DNA of 64,000 nucleotides, from the NCBI RefSeq assembly GCF_024636015.1, contig NZ_JAGXHU010000023.1, one strand, 5' to 3'. Below the pieces are notes generated by a model. That model did not search any database, was not told where the DNA came from, and saw only the letters and a program-made list of their open reading frames with translations. This document shows, piece after piece, positions 53,982-63,307 of the stretch. Position 1 is the stretch's first letter. Every line of letters begins with the position of its first letter. A program made the translations under genes and the position numbers. This DNA is from Halothiobacillus sp. (GTDB lineage: Bacteria; Pseudomonadota; Gammaproteobacteria; Halothiobacillales; Halothiobacillaceae).

Positions 53982-55300
53982 GACAGCGCGATGATATGAC
54001 CTTTCCGATGGAAGAGTATGTGCGCCGCCTGACCGAACTGCGGCGACGCATGGAGGAGCGTCTGCTGGATGCGGTCATGATTACCGACCCAGAAAACCTG
54101 ATGTACCTGACGGACTATCAGACCACCGGCTATTCGTTCTTCCAGGCGCTGGTGGTGCCGTTGGACGACGAACCCTTCATGATTACCCGCGGCATGGAAG
54201 AGTCCAACGTCCACGCTCGTACCTGGGTGGAGCGGACCCGGCCTTATCCCGACGGCGGCGATGCGATCCAGATGCTGGTTTCCGGCCTCAAGGAATTCGG
54301 GCTGGCCCACAAGACGCTCGGTTACGAGCGCAACAGCTATTTTTTCCCGGCCTATCAGCAGGATGCCCTGCGCACGACGCTCACCGATGCCCGGCTGCTC
54401 GACTGTTTCGGCATCGTCGAGTGCGGGCGCAGAACAAAATCCAGTTTTGAAATCGACATCATGCGCAAGGCGGCCATCGCGACCGAAGCCGGTATGAAGG
54501 CGGGCCTGAATGCGTGCCAGGCTGGGGTAACGGAGAACGAGATCGCCGCCGAAATCGCCGCGGCCATGTTCCGCGCCGGTGGCGAAGCGCCTGCCGTCAT
54601 GCCCTATGTCACCTCCGGGCCACGGACGATGATCGGTCATGCCACCTGGGAAGGCCGCGTCGTCAAGCCCGGCGAGCATGTTTTCCTGGAGATCGGCGGC
54701 TGCTATCGGCGCTATCACACCGCCATGATGCGCACCGCGATCCTTGGCGAACCCACCGAATACATGATGCTGGCTCAGGAGCGGATGAAATCCGCACTGG
54801 CGCAAGTCAAGGCCCTGATCCGGCCCGGCGTGACCGTCTCCGACGCAGATAATCTCGTGCGCAGCATCATGACCGTCGACGACAAACACGGCAAACTGAT
54901 CACCCGCTCTGGGTATTCGATCGGCATCGCCTTCCCGCCCAGCTGGGACGAGGGCTACATCCTTAGTCTGATGCACGGTGACAAGACCGTGCTCCGCGAG
55001 GGCATGACCTTCCACATCATTCCCTGGGCCTGGGGCGTGGACGGCGACAAGACTTGCGGCATCTCCGACACCATCTACATCACCAAGGACGGCTGCGAAT
55101 CGTTCTTCACCCTGGATCAGGATTTCGTTATCAAACCCGAGGAAGGGCTGCGGCAACTGCCGCCTGCGCAGCCGCTTGAAATCATGATTCCGCCCAAGGT
55201 CGCCCCGCTGAAACCCGCAGCGGATACGAAGAAAAAGGCGCCGGCGGCATCCAGCAAGAAGTCCCGGCCATCCCACAAGAAGGAGCGCAAGGCCGTATGA
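53978..55300 (+). CDS. M24-family (creatinase/prolidase fold) hydrolase, ectoine hydrolase DoeA-like, with a Lys/Pro-rich C-terminal tail
   Basis: A creatinase_N-like N-terminal region (FPMEEYVRRLTELRRRM...ITDPENLMYLTDY) precedes an M24 pita-bread domain (...FLEIGGCYRRYH..., ...GMTFHIIPW...). Its start overlaps the upstream stop (ATGA). A tail of about 55 residues follows (KPEEGLRQLPP...KKKAPAASSKKSRPSHKKERKAV). Confidence 0.75.
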   Translation: MRQRDDMTFPMEEYVRRLTELRRRMEERLLDAVMITDPENLMYLTDYQTTGYSFFQALVVPLDDEPFMITRGMEESNVHARTWVERTRPYPDGGDAIQMLVSGLKEFGLAHKTLGYERNSYFFPAYQQDALRTTLTDARLLDCFGIVECGRRTKSSFEIDIMRKAAIATEAGMKAGLNACQAGVTENEIAAEIAAAMFRAGGEAPAVMPYVTSGPRTMIGHATWEGRVVKPGEHVFLEIGGCYRRYHTAMMRTAILGEPTEYMMLAQERMKSALAQVKALIRPGVTVSDADNLVRSIMTVDDKHGKLITRSGYSIGIAFPPSWDEGYILSLMHGDKTVLREGMTFHIIPWAWGVDGDKTCGISDTIYITKDGCESFFTLDQDFVIKPEEGLRQLPPAQPLEIMIPPKVAPLKPAADTKKKAPAASSKKSRPSHKKERKAV

Positions 55301-56673
55301 CTTTCCATGTGATCAACCCAACAACCGGTCAGCCGCTGCATAACTACCCCTCGCTGGATGCGGCCGGCCGAGATGCAGCCATTGCTGCATCCGCCACCGC
55401 GTACAAACACTGGCGTAAAACGCCGATATCAACTCGGGCGGCCTTGCTGAACAAGGTTGCCGCGCTAATGCGTTCAGAGGTTGAGGCCCTCGCGCTGCCC
55501 ATGGTCGAGGAAATGGGCAAACCAATTCGCGAAGCCCGTGCCGAGGTCGAAAAGGCGGCCTGGTGTGCCGAACATTATGCCCAGCATGCCGAGCAGTACC
55601 TGGCGACCGAGATGATCAAGTCCGATGCGCTAATCAGTTATGTCCAGTATCTGCCGATTGGGCCGGTACTCGGCATCCTGCCGTGGAATGCGCCGTTCTG
55701 GCTTGCCTTTCGATTTGCCGCACCGGCGCTGATGGCGGGCAATACCTGCCTGATGAAACACGACGCCCATGTCCCTGCCTGCGCCGCGGCCATCGCCGAT
55801 GTCTTTATCCGCGCTGGGGTACCGGCGGGCGTCTTCCAAAACCTGCCGCTGGAAACCCCCGACATCGCCGGGGCTATTGAGGATGAACGGGTGCGTGCGA
55901 TTTCGTTCACCGGATCGGACCGGGCCGGCGTCATCGTCGCCGCCACCGCCGCAGCACAAATCAAACCGGCCGTGCTCGAACTGGGCGGTTCGGACCCCGT
56001 CATCGTGCTGGCCGATGCCGACCTCGACAAGGCCGCCGATACCATCGTGCTCTCGCGGAGCATCAATGCGGGCCAATCCTGTATCGCGGCCAAACGGATC
56101 ATTATCGAAGAGACCATTTACGAGCCGTTCCTGGCCAAACTCAAAACCCGGTTCGAGCGGCTAAGCATGGGCAATCCCCGCCTGGAAACCACCGAGATCG
56201 GGCCAATTGCCCGCGCCGATCTGCGCGACAACCTGCATCGTCAGGTCACCGCCACCATCGCAGCGGGCGCACGCTGCCTGCTCGGCGGCACCCTGCCCGA
56301 AGGCGATGGGTTTTTCTACCCGGTGACCTTACTGGCCGATGTCGGCGCCAACATGGTCGCCAGTTGCGAGGAAACCTTTGGCCCGGTGGCCGTAGCCATG
56401 GTGGCAAAAGATGCCGACGACGCCCTGCGGATCGCCAACGACACGCCCTATGGCTTGGGCGCAGCGATCTGGACGGCTGACACGGCCCGCGCAATTGCCA
56501 TGGCGGTGGACATCGAATCGGGCCAGATCGCCATCAATGGCATCGTCAAGACCGATCCACGCCTGCCCAGCGGCGGCACCAAACGCTCCGGCTATGGACG
56601 GGAACTGGGCGAACAGGGCATCAAAATGTTCGTCAATGCGCAACAAGTCTGGGTGGGACCCAAACAGGGCTAG
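55297..56673 (+). CDS. NAD(P)-dependent aldehyde dehydrogenase (succinate-/aspartate-semialdehyde dehydrogenase-like; DoeC-like)
   Basis: ALDH-family motifs are present (FTGSDRAG, ELGGSDP, catalytic GQSCIAAKR, EETFGPV). Its start overlaps the upstream stop (ATGA). Confidence 0.85.
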   Translation: MTFHVINPTTGQPLHNYPSLDAAGRDAAIAASATAYKHWRKTPISTRAALLNKVAALMRSEVEALALPMVEEMGKPIREARAEVEKAAWCAEHYAQHAEQYLATEMIKSDALISYVQYLPIGPVLGILPWNAPFWLAFRFAAPALMAGNTCLMKHDAHVPACAAAIADVFIRAGVPAGVFQNLPLETPDIAGAIEDERVRAISFTGSDRAGVIVAATAAAQIKPAVLELGGSDPVIVLADADLDKAADTIVLSRSINAGQSCIAAKRIIIEETIYEPFLAKLKTRFERLSMGNPRLETTEIGPIARADLRDNLHRQVTATIAAGARCLLGGTLPEGDGFFYPVTLLADVGANMVASCEETFGPVAVAMVAKDADDALRIANDTPYGLGAAIWTADTARAIAMAVDIESGQIAINGIVKTDPRLPSGGTKRSGYGRELGEQGIKMFVNAQQVWVGPKQG

Positions 56674-56822
56674 CCAGCCACAGCAGGGAAACGCAGGTGG
56701 AATCCTTTCGCCACCCCCAGCGTAAGGATGCCGCGTCCTGACCGTATCGGCGAACCATGGGCGTGGTGCGCTCACACAGGTATACTCGGCCCCACATGAT
56801 TCCTAGAGCCAGCACGACCTAA

Positions 56823-58469
56823 ATGTCCGAAACCCCAACCGCTACCCCTTTCATCGACGTCCTGATCATTGGTTCAGGCGCGGCCGGTCTGTCCGCCGCT
56901 CTACACCTGCCCGTCGAGCTCAACGTCACCATCCTGAGCAAAGGCCCGATCAGCGCGGGAAGCACGCCGTGGGCCCAAGGGGGCATTGCAGCAGCACTTG
57001 GCGGCATTGAGGACGTCGAGCAACATGTTGACGACACTTGCCGGGCCGGGAACGGGTTGCCCGATGGGCAGGTCGTCCGGCGCGTGGTAGAAGCCGGATC
57101 GCGCCAGATCAACTGGCTGCTTGAGCTCGGCATGCCCTTTTCCAGCGAATCCACCCAACTTCATCTGACCCGCGAAGGTGGCCATGGCGCCCGTCGCGTT
57201 GCGCACGCCGCCGATCATACGGGCCGAACCTTGATGGAGACCCTGTTAGAAGCCGTACAGGCTCGCCCCAACATCACCCTGATGGAACACCAGCTGGCGA
57301 TCGACCTGATCACCACGCAGCGACTCGGTCTCACCGAAGAATCCAACTGCTGCATCGGTGCCTATGTGCTGGATCTGGCTGAAGACCGCATTCATACCCT
57401 CCGCGCACGGCACGTGATTCTGGCGACCGGTGGGGCAGCCAAGGCCTATCTGTATTCCACCAACCCCGATAGCTCCACCGGCGATGGCATCGCCATGGGC
57501 TGGCGTGCTGGCTGCCGGGTCGCCAACATGGAGTTCATGCAGTTCCACCCGACCTGCCTGTTCGAACCCCGCGCCAAATCCTTCCTGATCAGCGAAGCCG
57601 TGCGTGGCGAAGGCGGTCTTCTGCTGCTTCCCGACGGCACCCGCTTCATGCCGAATTATCACCCGGACGCCGAGCTGGCGCCGCGCGACGTAGTTGCCCG
57701 CGCGATCGATGCCGAGATGAAGCGCCTGGGGATCGACTGTGTGTACCTCGACATCAGTTTCAAGGGCAAGGCATTCATCGAGCAGCACTTCCCGATGATC
57801 CATCAGCGCTGCCTGGAATTCGGCTATGACATGACACGCCAGCCGTTGCCGGTCGTGCCGGCTGCGCACTACACCTGTGGCGGGATCGACGTCGACGAAC
57901 ACGGCCATACCGATATCGCCGGACTGTATGCTATCGGCGAAACCAGCCACACCGGCCTGCACGGTGCCAATCGCCTGGCCAGTAACTCACTGCTGGAGTG
58001 CCTCGTGTACGGTGAGGCGGCCGCGGCTCATATCACGGCGCATCACGCCGAGGCCTGCAGCCGGAACTGGTCCGTGCCCGGCTGGGATGAAAGCCAAGTC
58101 AGCGACGCCGACGAGGCGGTGGTGGTTACCCACAACTGGGACGAGCTCCGTCGCGCCATGTGGGATTACGTGGGCATCGTGCGTACCACCAAGCGATTGG
58201 AACGCGCGCAACACCGGATTGCCCTGCTACGCCGTGAAATTCACGACTATTACGCCCATTTCCGTATCAGCAACAATCTCATCGAACTGAGAAATCTCGT
58301 CGAAGTCGCTGATCTGATCGTTCGTTCTGCGCTCGCTCGCCATGAGAGCCGCGGCCTGCACTTCATCCGCGACTACCCCGAAACCGACCCAGCCTGCGCG
58401 CACCACAACACCGTGCTGACCCCGCTGAATCGATCACATCCGCAGGGCGAACCGCCGCACCGCCCCTGA
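56823..58469 (+). CDS. nadB: L-aspartate oxidase
   Basis: It has the FAD motif (DVLIIGSGAAGLSAA) and the sequences HYTCGGI, GLHGANRLASNSLLE and ESRGLH. Confidence 0.95.
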   Translation: MSETPTATPFIDVLIIGSGAAGLSAALHLPVELNVTILSKGPISAGSTPWAQGGIAAALGGIEDVEQHVDDTCRAGNGLPDGQVVRRVVEAGSRQINWLLELGMPFSSESTQLHLTREGGHGARRVAHAADHTGRTLMETLLEAVQARPNITLMEHQLAIDLITTQRLGLTEESNCCIGAYVLDLAEDRIHTLRARHVILATGGAAKAYLYSTNPDSSTGDGIAMGWRAGCRVANMEFMQFHPTCLFEPRAKSFLISEAVRGEGGLLLLPDGTRFMPNYHPDAELAPRDVVARAIDAEMKRLGIDCVYLDISFKGKAFIEQHFPMIHQRCLEFGYDMTRQPLPVVPAAHYTCGGIDVDEHGHTDIAGLYAIGETSHTGLHGANRLASNSLLECLVYGEAAAAHITAHHAEACSRNWSVPGWDESQVSDADEAVVVTHNWDELRRAMWDYVGIVRTTKRLERAQHRIALLRREIHDYYAHFRISNNLIELRNLVEVADLIVRSALARHESRGLHFIRDYPETDPACAHHNTVLTPLNRSHPQGEPPHRP

Positions 58470-58805
58470 ATCCCCCAAGTGACGGCTCTGGGCGCACCAC
58501 CGCACCCCGTCACTCACGATCCCCGCACTATCCTTTATTTTTTCGCGCCTTCAACCTGAAGGACGCGCGGCTGCGCTCGCCTCATTCACCCACACACCAA
58601 GGCCCACACGGCATCCATTTTTCGGCGGCAATGCCATCAAAATCATACCGAAAAACATAGAAAGCCCGATCAAATAAAAATTTGATAAATATTTAGCCAA
58701 ATAAATAATTCTTAAAGAATTTAGAAATATATGACAGTCATGATGTCGGTCGTTCTGGATGTCTTTCCGTCGTTCAATCTGACTCAATATTTTTAGGAGC
58801 CTCAA

Positions 58806-60524
58806 ATGTTCACTGTACGCAAAACCGCATTTGCCGTTGCTGCAGCCGTGCTCGGCTTGTCGCTGGCTGCCTGCAACAGCAGCAGCTCGCCCGCCCCCAC
58901 ACCACAGGTGACCGGTTCCGTCGTGGCCTCGACGGCAGTCGCAGACAATCTGACGACCAGCACCCCCATCAAGCATGTCGTCATCATCTATAACGAAAAC
59001 GTCTCGTTTGATCACTACTTCGCGACCTACCCGAACGCGACCAACCCAAAAGGCGAACCGGTATTCCAGGCTGCCGCCGGCACGCCGACGGTCAATGGTT
59101 TGTCAGCGGCTTTGTTGAGCAGCAATCCCAATTATACCAATACCGCCAATGGCAGTGATGCGGCCAATCCCTTCCGAATCGACCGCAGTCAGGCTGCCAC
59201 CGCTGACCAGAACCACGCTTATACCGCGGAACAACTCGCTTACAATAATGGCGCAGCAGACCTGTTTCCGCTGTATACCGGCATCGCCTCCACGGGCGGC
59301 GCGGGCGCGTTCAACACGAAAGGCATGGTCATGGGCTACTACGACGGCAATACCGTGACTGCAATGTGGAACTATGCGCAGAACTTCGCCATGAGCGACA
59401 ACGCCTACACCGACACCTACGGGCCATCGACCCCCGGCGCACTGGAAGCCGTCTCCGGACAAACGGATGGCATGCAGATCGTCGCCACGACCAAACAGCC
59501 CTTCACCTACACGCCGTCCACGACCAACCCTTATTGGGCGTATGGTTCTTACTACATCAACGATGGTCAGGGTGGTTACACCATGATCAACGATGTGGAT
59601 CCGGGCTATGACGCCTGCTCCAAAGCAACGGATCAAGCCATGATGACCGGTAAAAATATCGGCGACCTGTTGAACTCTTCGGCTGTGACCTGGGGCAGCT
59701 TCATGGCTGGCTTCAACCTGCAAACCATTAACGCCAATGGCACGACCGGCTGCAAACGCAGTACCTTCTCCAGTACGGTCAACTCGACAGTGACGGACTA
59801 CATCCCGCATCACGCCTGGTTCCAGTACTATGCCTCCACGGCCAACCCCACCCATGCCCGTCCAAGCTCAGTTGCAGCGATCGGCTACAGCTATGAGGCT
59901 GACGGCAAAACCAAGGACCCGGCCAACCACGAATATGGCTACCAGGATTTCGAGAACGCAGTCAATTCCGGCAACTACCCGGCCGTTTCCTACGTCAAGG
60001 CACCGGCGTTCCAGGATGGGCATGCCGGTTACTCAGACCCCTTGGACGAGCAAGCCTTCACCGCGAAGGTCGTCAATTTCCTGATGCAACAACCGGACTG
60101 GAAGAACACGGCGGTCATCGTGGCCTGGGATGATTCGGATGGTTGGTACGACCATGCCTACGCTAACCCGACCAACCCCTCGTTCGACGCACAGGCGGAC
60201 CAACTCAATGGTGCCGGCAAATGCGGGACCGGCACAGCGCCGAACGGCCTGAACGGCAAACCGGTCAACGGCCGCTGTGGCCCCGGCACACGCATTCCGT
60301 TCATCGTGATTTCACCCTATGCCAAGGTGAACTACGTCAGCCATACGCAGATCTCACAGGCGTCAATCGTGAAATTCATCGAAGACAACTGGCTGGGCGG
60401 CGCACGTCTGGGCGGCGGTTCCTTTGATGCCACGTCGGGCTCAATCAACGACCTGTTCGACTTCACGGCACAGCCGCACCTGACACCGGTTCTGATCAAT
60501 CCGTCCACAGGTGCAACTCTGTAA
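58806..60524 (+). CDS. Phosphoesterase-family (PF04185; phospholipase C / AcpA acid phosphatase type) lipoprotein
   Basis: It has a lipobox (LSLAAC) and the motifs HVVIIYNENVSFDHYFATYP and VIVAWDDSDGWYDH, as in PlcN/AcpA enzymes. Confidence 0.75.
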   Translation: MFTVRKTAFAVAAAVLGLSLAACNSSSSPAPTPQVTGSVVASTAVADNLTTSTPIKHVVIIYNENVSFDHYFATYPNATNPKGEPVFQAAAGTPTVNGLSAALLSSNPNYTNTANGSDAANPFRIDRSQAATADQNHAYTAEQLAYNNGAADLFPLYTGIASTGGAGAFNTKGMVMGYYDGNTVTAMWNYAQNFAMSDNAYTDTYGPSTPGALEAVSGQTDGMQIVATTKQPFTYTPSTTNPYWAYGSYYINDGQGGYTMINDVDPGYDACSKATDQAMMTGKNIGDLLNSSAVTWGSFMAGFNLQTINANGTTGCKRSTFSSTVNSTVTDYIPHHAWFQYYASTANPTHARPSSVAAIGYSYEADGKTKDPANHEYGYQDFENAVNSGNYPAVSYVKAPAFQDGHAGYSDPLDEQAFTAKVVNFLMQQPDWKNTAVIVAWDDSDGWYDHAYANPTNPSFDAQADQLNGAGKCGTGTAPNGLNGKPVNGRCGPGTRIPFIVISPYAKVNYVSHTQISQASIVKFIEDNWLGGARLGGGSFDATSGSINDLFDFTAQPHLTPVLINPSTGATL

Positions 60525-60587
60525 ATCGGACGATGATTTGATTAACCCGAAATGATCGGTTCAATCTGATCGTCTGATCGACCGCAA

Positions 60588-60619
60588 CATCCTGGGGCAA
60601 TGCCTCAGGATGCTTTTTT
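60588..60619 (+). terminator. Rho-independent terminator after the phosphoesterase gene
   Basis: The sequence is CATCCTGgGGC-aat-GCCtCAGGATG followed by cTTTTTTa. It overlaps the first in-frame ATG (60610) of the downstream ORF. Confidence 0.7.
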
Positions 60620-60636
60620 ATTCAGAGAACGACCTG

Positions 60637-62013
60637 ATGAATCCCCTACGCGCAGTCTCACGACATCCTCGACTCAGCCTGATTTTGTTTGCATCGTTGG
60701 CCGCCTCAGGCGTCACGCTGGCACATGCAAACCAAATCACGCAGTGGCTCGACATCCAATACGAAATGGCTACCGGGGAAAACCCGCAACCGATCCAACT
60801 CGTTCGCCCCAAAACCGCGCCACTTTCCACCATGGCCGAGCTCGGCAAGCAGATCTTCTTTGATAAGAATCTATCTGGCTCCGGGAAACAATCCTGCGCC
60901 AGTTGTCATAGCCCGCAACACGCCTATGGCCCGCCGAATGGCGATTCGGTGATGATGGGCGGACCAGACCTGCACAGCCAGGGAGCGCGTGCCGTACCGA
61001 GTATCATGTACCTGGAGCGCCAGCCGAATTTCAGCATCGGCCCGGAGAATGCGACGCTGGAAAACATCAATCTGAATCAACAGGCAACACAGGCAAAGAC
61101 AGCGGCCATAGCGCAGAAAAACGCCGGAAACGCGGCTTCCTCCACCAATCTCGTGCCTCAGGGCGGCTTGTTCTGGGATGGGCGGGTCAACACCCTGCAG
61201 GCCCAGGCAGACGGCCCCCTGTTCAACCCGGTCGAAATGGATGGCGGCACCCCGACCATCGTGGCGGCCAAGCTGGAGCAATCCGCTTATGCCCCAGTGT
61301 TCAAACAGCTCTTTGGGGCGACCATTTTCGGAAACCCGAATCAGACAGTTGCTGAGGCACTGTTTGCTGTCGCGCGCTACCAGATCGAAGACCCCTCGTT
61401 TCACCCGTACAGCAGCAAATACGATGCGTGGCTTGAGGGCAAAACCACGCTCAGTCACCGCGAAATGAAGGGGTATTTTGTGTTCAATGACCCACGAAAA
61501 GGCAATTGCGCGGCCTGCCACCTCGATCAGCCCACACGCGATCACCGCCCGCCGTTATTCACCGACCATCAATTTGAAGCGTTGGGCCTACCCCGCAACC
61601 CGGCCATTGAAGCTAATCAAGATCCAGCCTACGACGATCTCGGTCTCTGCGGGCCATTTCGACAGGATCTGAAGAGTCAAACCCGATATTGCGGGATGTT
61701 CCTGACGCCGACCTTACGCAATGTCGCAACGCGGCGAACGTTTTTCCACAATGGGGTGTATCACACACTGAAAGACGTGCTGAATTTCTATGATTTCCGA
61801 GATACGGAGCCCGCTAAGATCTATCCGCGTGGGACGGACGGGAGGATTGAACAATTCAACGATCTTCCAGTCACCGACAGAAGGAACGTCGATACTGTCG
61901 ATGCGCCCTTCAATCGGCATCTGGGTGAAAAACCTGTGCTGACGACCGAAGACAAGGCCGATCTGATCGCCTTTTTGAAAACCTTGACGGACGGCTATCA
62001 GGCCGCCAGGTAA
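60637..62013 (+). CDS. Di-haem cytochrome c peroxidase (CCP/MauG family)
   Basis: A signal peptide (MNPLRAVSRHPRLSLILFASLAASGVTLAHA) is followed by two CxxCH motifs (CASCH, CAACH) and the conserved sequences GLFWDGR and PTLRNVA. Confidence 0.85.
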   Translation: MNPLRAVSRHPRLSLILFASLAASGVTLAHANQITQWLDIQYEMATGENPQPIQLVRPKTAPLSTMAELGKQIFFDKNLSGSGKQSCASCHSPQHAYGPPNGDSVMMGGPDLHSQGARAVPSIMYLERQPNFSIGPENATLENINLNQQATQAKTAAIAQKNAGNAASSTNLVPQGGLFWDGRVNTLQAQADGPLFNPVEMDGGTPTIVAAKLEQSAYAPVFKQLFGATIFGNPNQTVAEALFAVARYQIEDPSFHPYSSKYDAWLEGKTTLSHREMKGYFVFNDPRKGNCAACHLDQPTRDHRPPLFTDHQFEALGLPRNPAIEANQDPAYDDLGLCGPFRQDLKSQTRYCGMFLTPTLRNVATRRTFFHNGVYHTLKDVLNFYDFRDTEPAKIYPRGTDGRIEQFNDLPVTDRRNVDTVDAPFNRHLGEKPVLTTEDKADLIAFLKTLTDGYQAAR

Positions 62014-62037
62014 CCTCGGATCGAGGCCTGAAATGAA

Positions 62038-62712
62038 TCAGCGACCGCCCAAACCCTGCAACAATTTCTGCACATCCAGCCCTTGGGTGGGCAGCTCCAG
62101 ATCAGACGCGGCAGGCGGGCGTGTGGACAGAGAGATCAGCCGATAATCGTGGCCATAACGCAGCACGCCGAGCCCCCGACGAAGCACCTCGGCGCTGCGG
62201 GCATCCCCGCCCTTTTTGGCCGCAACACCCATATTCTGCAAGGCCCGCGTCAATTCCACGACCGCAGGGGCGGCAGAGAGAACGGCCTGATCGCTGTGTT
62301 CGGCGCCCCGGTCGTCACGCCAGGTGATCTGATAGACCTCGCCCCGGATCCCTGCCACGGTTTCGTGCTGCCCCGTCGCCTTGAACGACTGCACTGAACG
62401 AGCCAGCTTTCGATCGATCTGTCCGCTGAACTGACTGCCCTGCCCCAGGGTTTGCGCCATCTGATCGATATTGGCCACATCCGCCACAATGGGTACGCCG
62501 CCTACCTGAGTGATGGCATAAAGGCTACCCTGTCGAAGCAGAATTTCAGCCGACGGACGAGGAATATCCATCCGTAGATGCTCGGCATCCAGCCAGGCCA
62601 GCTGAACCTGCTCAGCGTGAGTGCCACTACCGGACTGCAGAACTGCCTGCCCCCCCGCCCAGACGGGTGTGGCGAATAGAAATAAGGCACTGATCTGAAA
62701 GAATCGTCGCAT
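62038..62712 (-). CDS. Secreted hypothetical protein
   Basis: The 224-aa ORF has a signal peptide (MRRFFQISALFLFATPVWA). I recognise no family motif. Confidence 0.5.
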   Translation of the reverse strand: MRRFFQISALFLFATPVWAGGQAVLQSGSGTHAEQVQLAWLDAEHLRMDIPRPSAEILLRQGSLYAITQVGGVPIVADVANIDQMAQTLGQGSQFSGQIDRKLARSVQSFKATGQHETVAGIRGEVYQITWRDDRGAEHSDQAVLSAAPAVVELTRALQNMGVAAKKGGDARSAEVLRRGLGVLRYGHDYRLISLSTRPPAASDLELPTQGLDVQKLLQGLGGR

Positions 62713-62803
62713 ACGTGCACCTCAATAGTGTGTCTTGGCCCGCGCGGCGTCCCGAACGACGGCCCAAATTCAGCCCAAAATCACATGGGCCATGCAAGTC
62801 GAA

Positions 62804-63304
62804 TCACGACTCCAGTGACCGCATCAACACCAAAGCATCCTCGCGCCCCTGCTTGTCCGGGTAATAACCCTTGCGCTGGCCGACCTGCTCGAACCCCAGT
62901 GTGTCATAGAGCTGCCGCGCGGCGGTGTTTCCGACCCGCACCTCCAACCAGAGGCTAGCGACATCCGACTTCGCGGCCTGATCGAGCACGAAATCCATCA
63001 GAAATCGCCCCACGCCACGGCGATGAACGACGGGATCGACGCAGAGATTCAGGACATGCCATTCGTTGAGAATGGGCATGATGACCGCAAATCCCAATAG
63101 TCTGTCCGCCTGCATCGCACCATCCAGGTAGTAGCCGGAGCGGATGCAATCCATGAACACACGCTCCGACCAAGGGTACAGATGCGCCACCTGCTCGATC
63201 CGGCCCATGGTCTCCAGATCGGATTCATCCAGCGACACCACACTCAGTGATTCGGACAGCACGGCCGACACAGGGAGTTGCGTAGAAGTAGGAAACGGGT
63301 CCAT
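62804..63304 (-). CDS. rimI: Ribosomal-protein-alanine N-acetyltransferase RimI (GNAT)
   Basis: It has the GNAT motif A (VDPVVHRRGVGRFLM) and the sequence LEVRVGNTAARQLYDTLGF. It lies directly downstream of holD, as in E. coli. Confidence 0.8.
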   Translation of the reverse strand: MDPFPTSTQLPVSAVLSESLSVVSLDESDLETMGRIEQVAHLYPWSERVFMDCIRSGYYLDGAMQADRLLGFAVIMPILNEWHVLNLCVDPVVHRRGVGRFLMDFVLDQAAKSDVASLWLEVRVGNTAARQLYDTLGFEQVGQRKGYYPDKQGREDALVLMRSLES

Positions 63305-63307
63305 CGA

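Noticed and set aside
53657-55276. 539-aa minus-strand ORF
   Set aside because: It is antisense to the transaminase 3' end and the whole M24 hydrolase gene, both of which carry clear family motifs. Its composition is typical of a shadow ORF.
51053-56822. Mobile-element hallmarks around the doe-like cluster (integrase, transposase, tRNA, direct repeats)
   Set aside because: I found none. The idea of an insertion rests only on broken nadB-rpoE synteny, and I saw no obvious compositional change by eye (not computed).
58725-58745. Possible Pho box (ctgtcat on the minus strand) upstream of the phosphoesterase gene
   Set aside because: Only one 7-bp half-site is present, and it is in the opposite orientation. 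There is no second direct repeat at the 11-bp spacing, so it is insufficient to call.
60610-60636. Upstream ATG as the start of the cytochrome c peroxidase
   Set aside because: That ATG lies inside the terminator hairpin and T-run of the preceding gene. The ATG at 60637 gives a canonical signal peptide.
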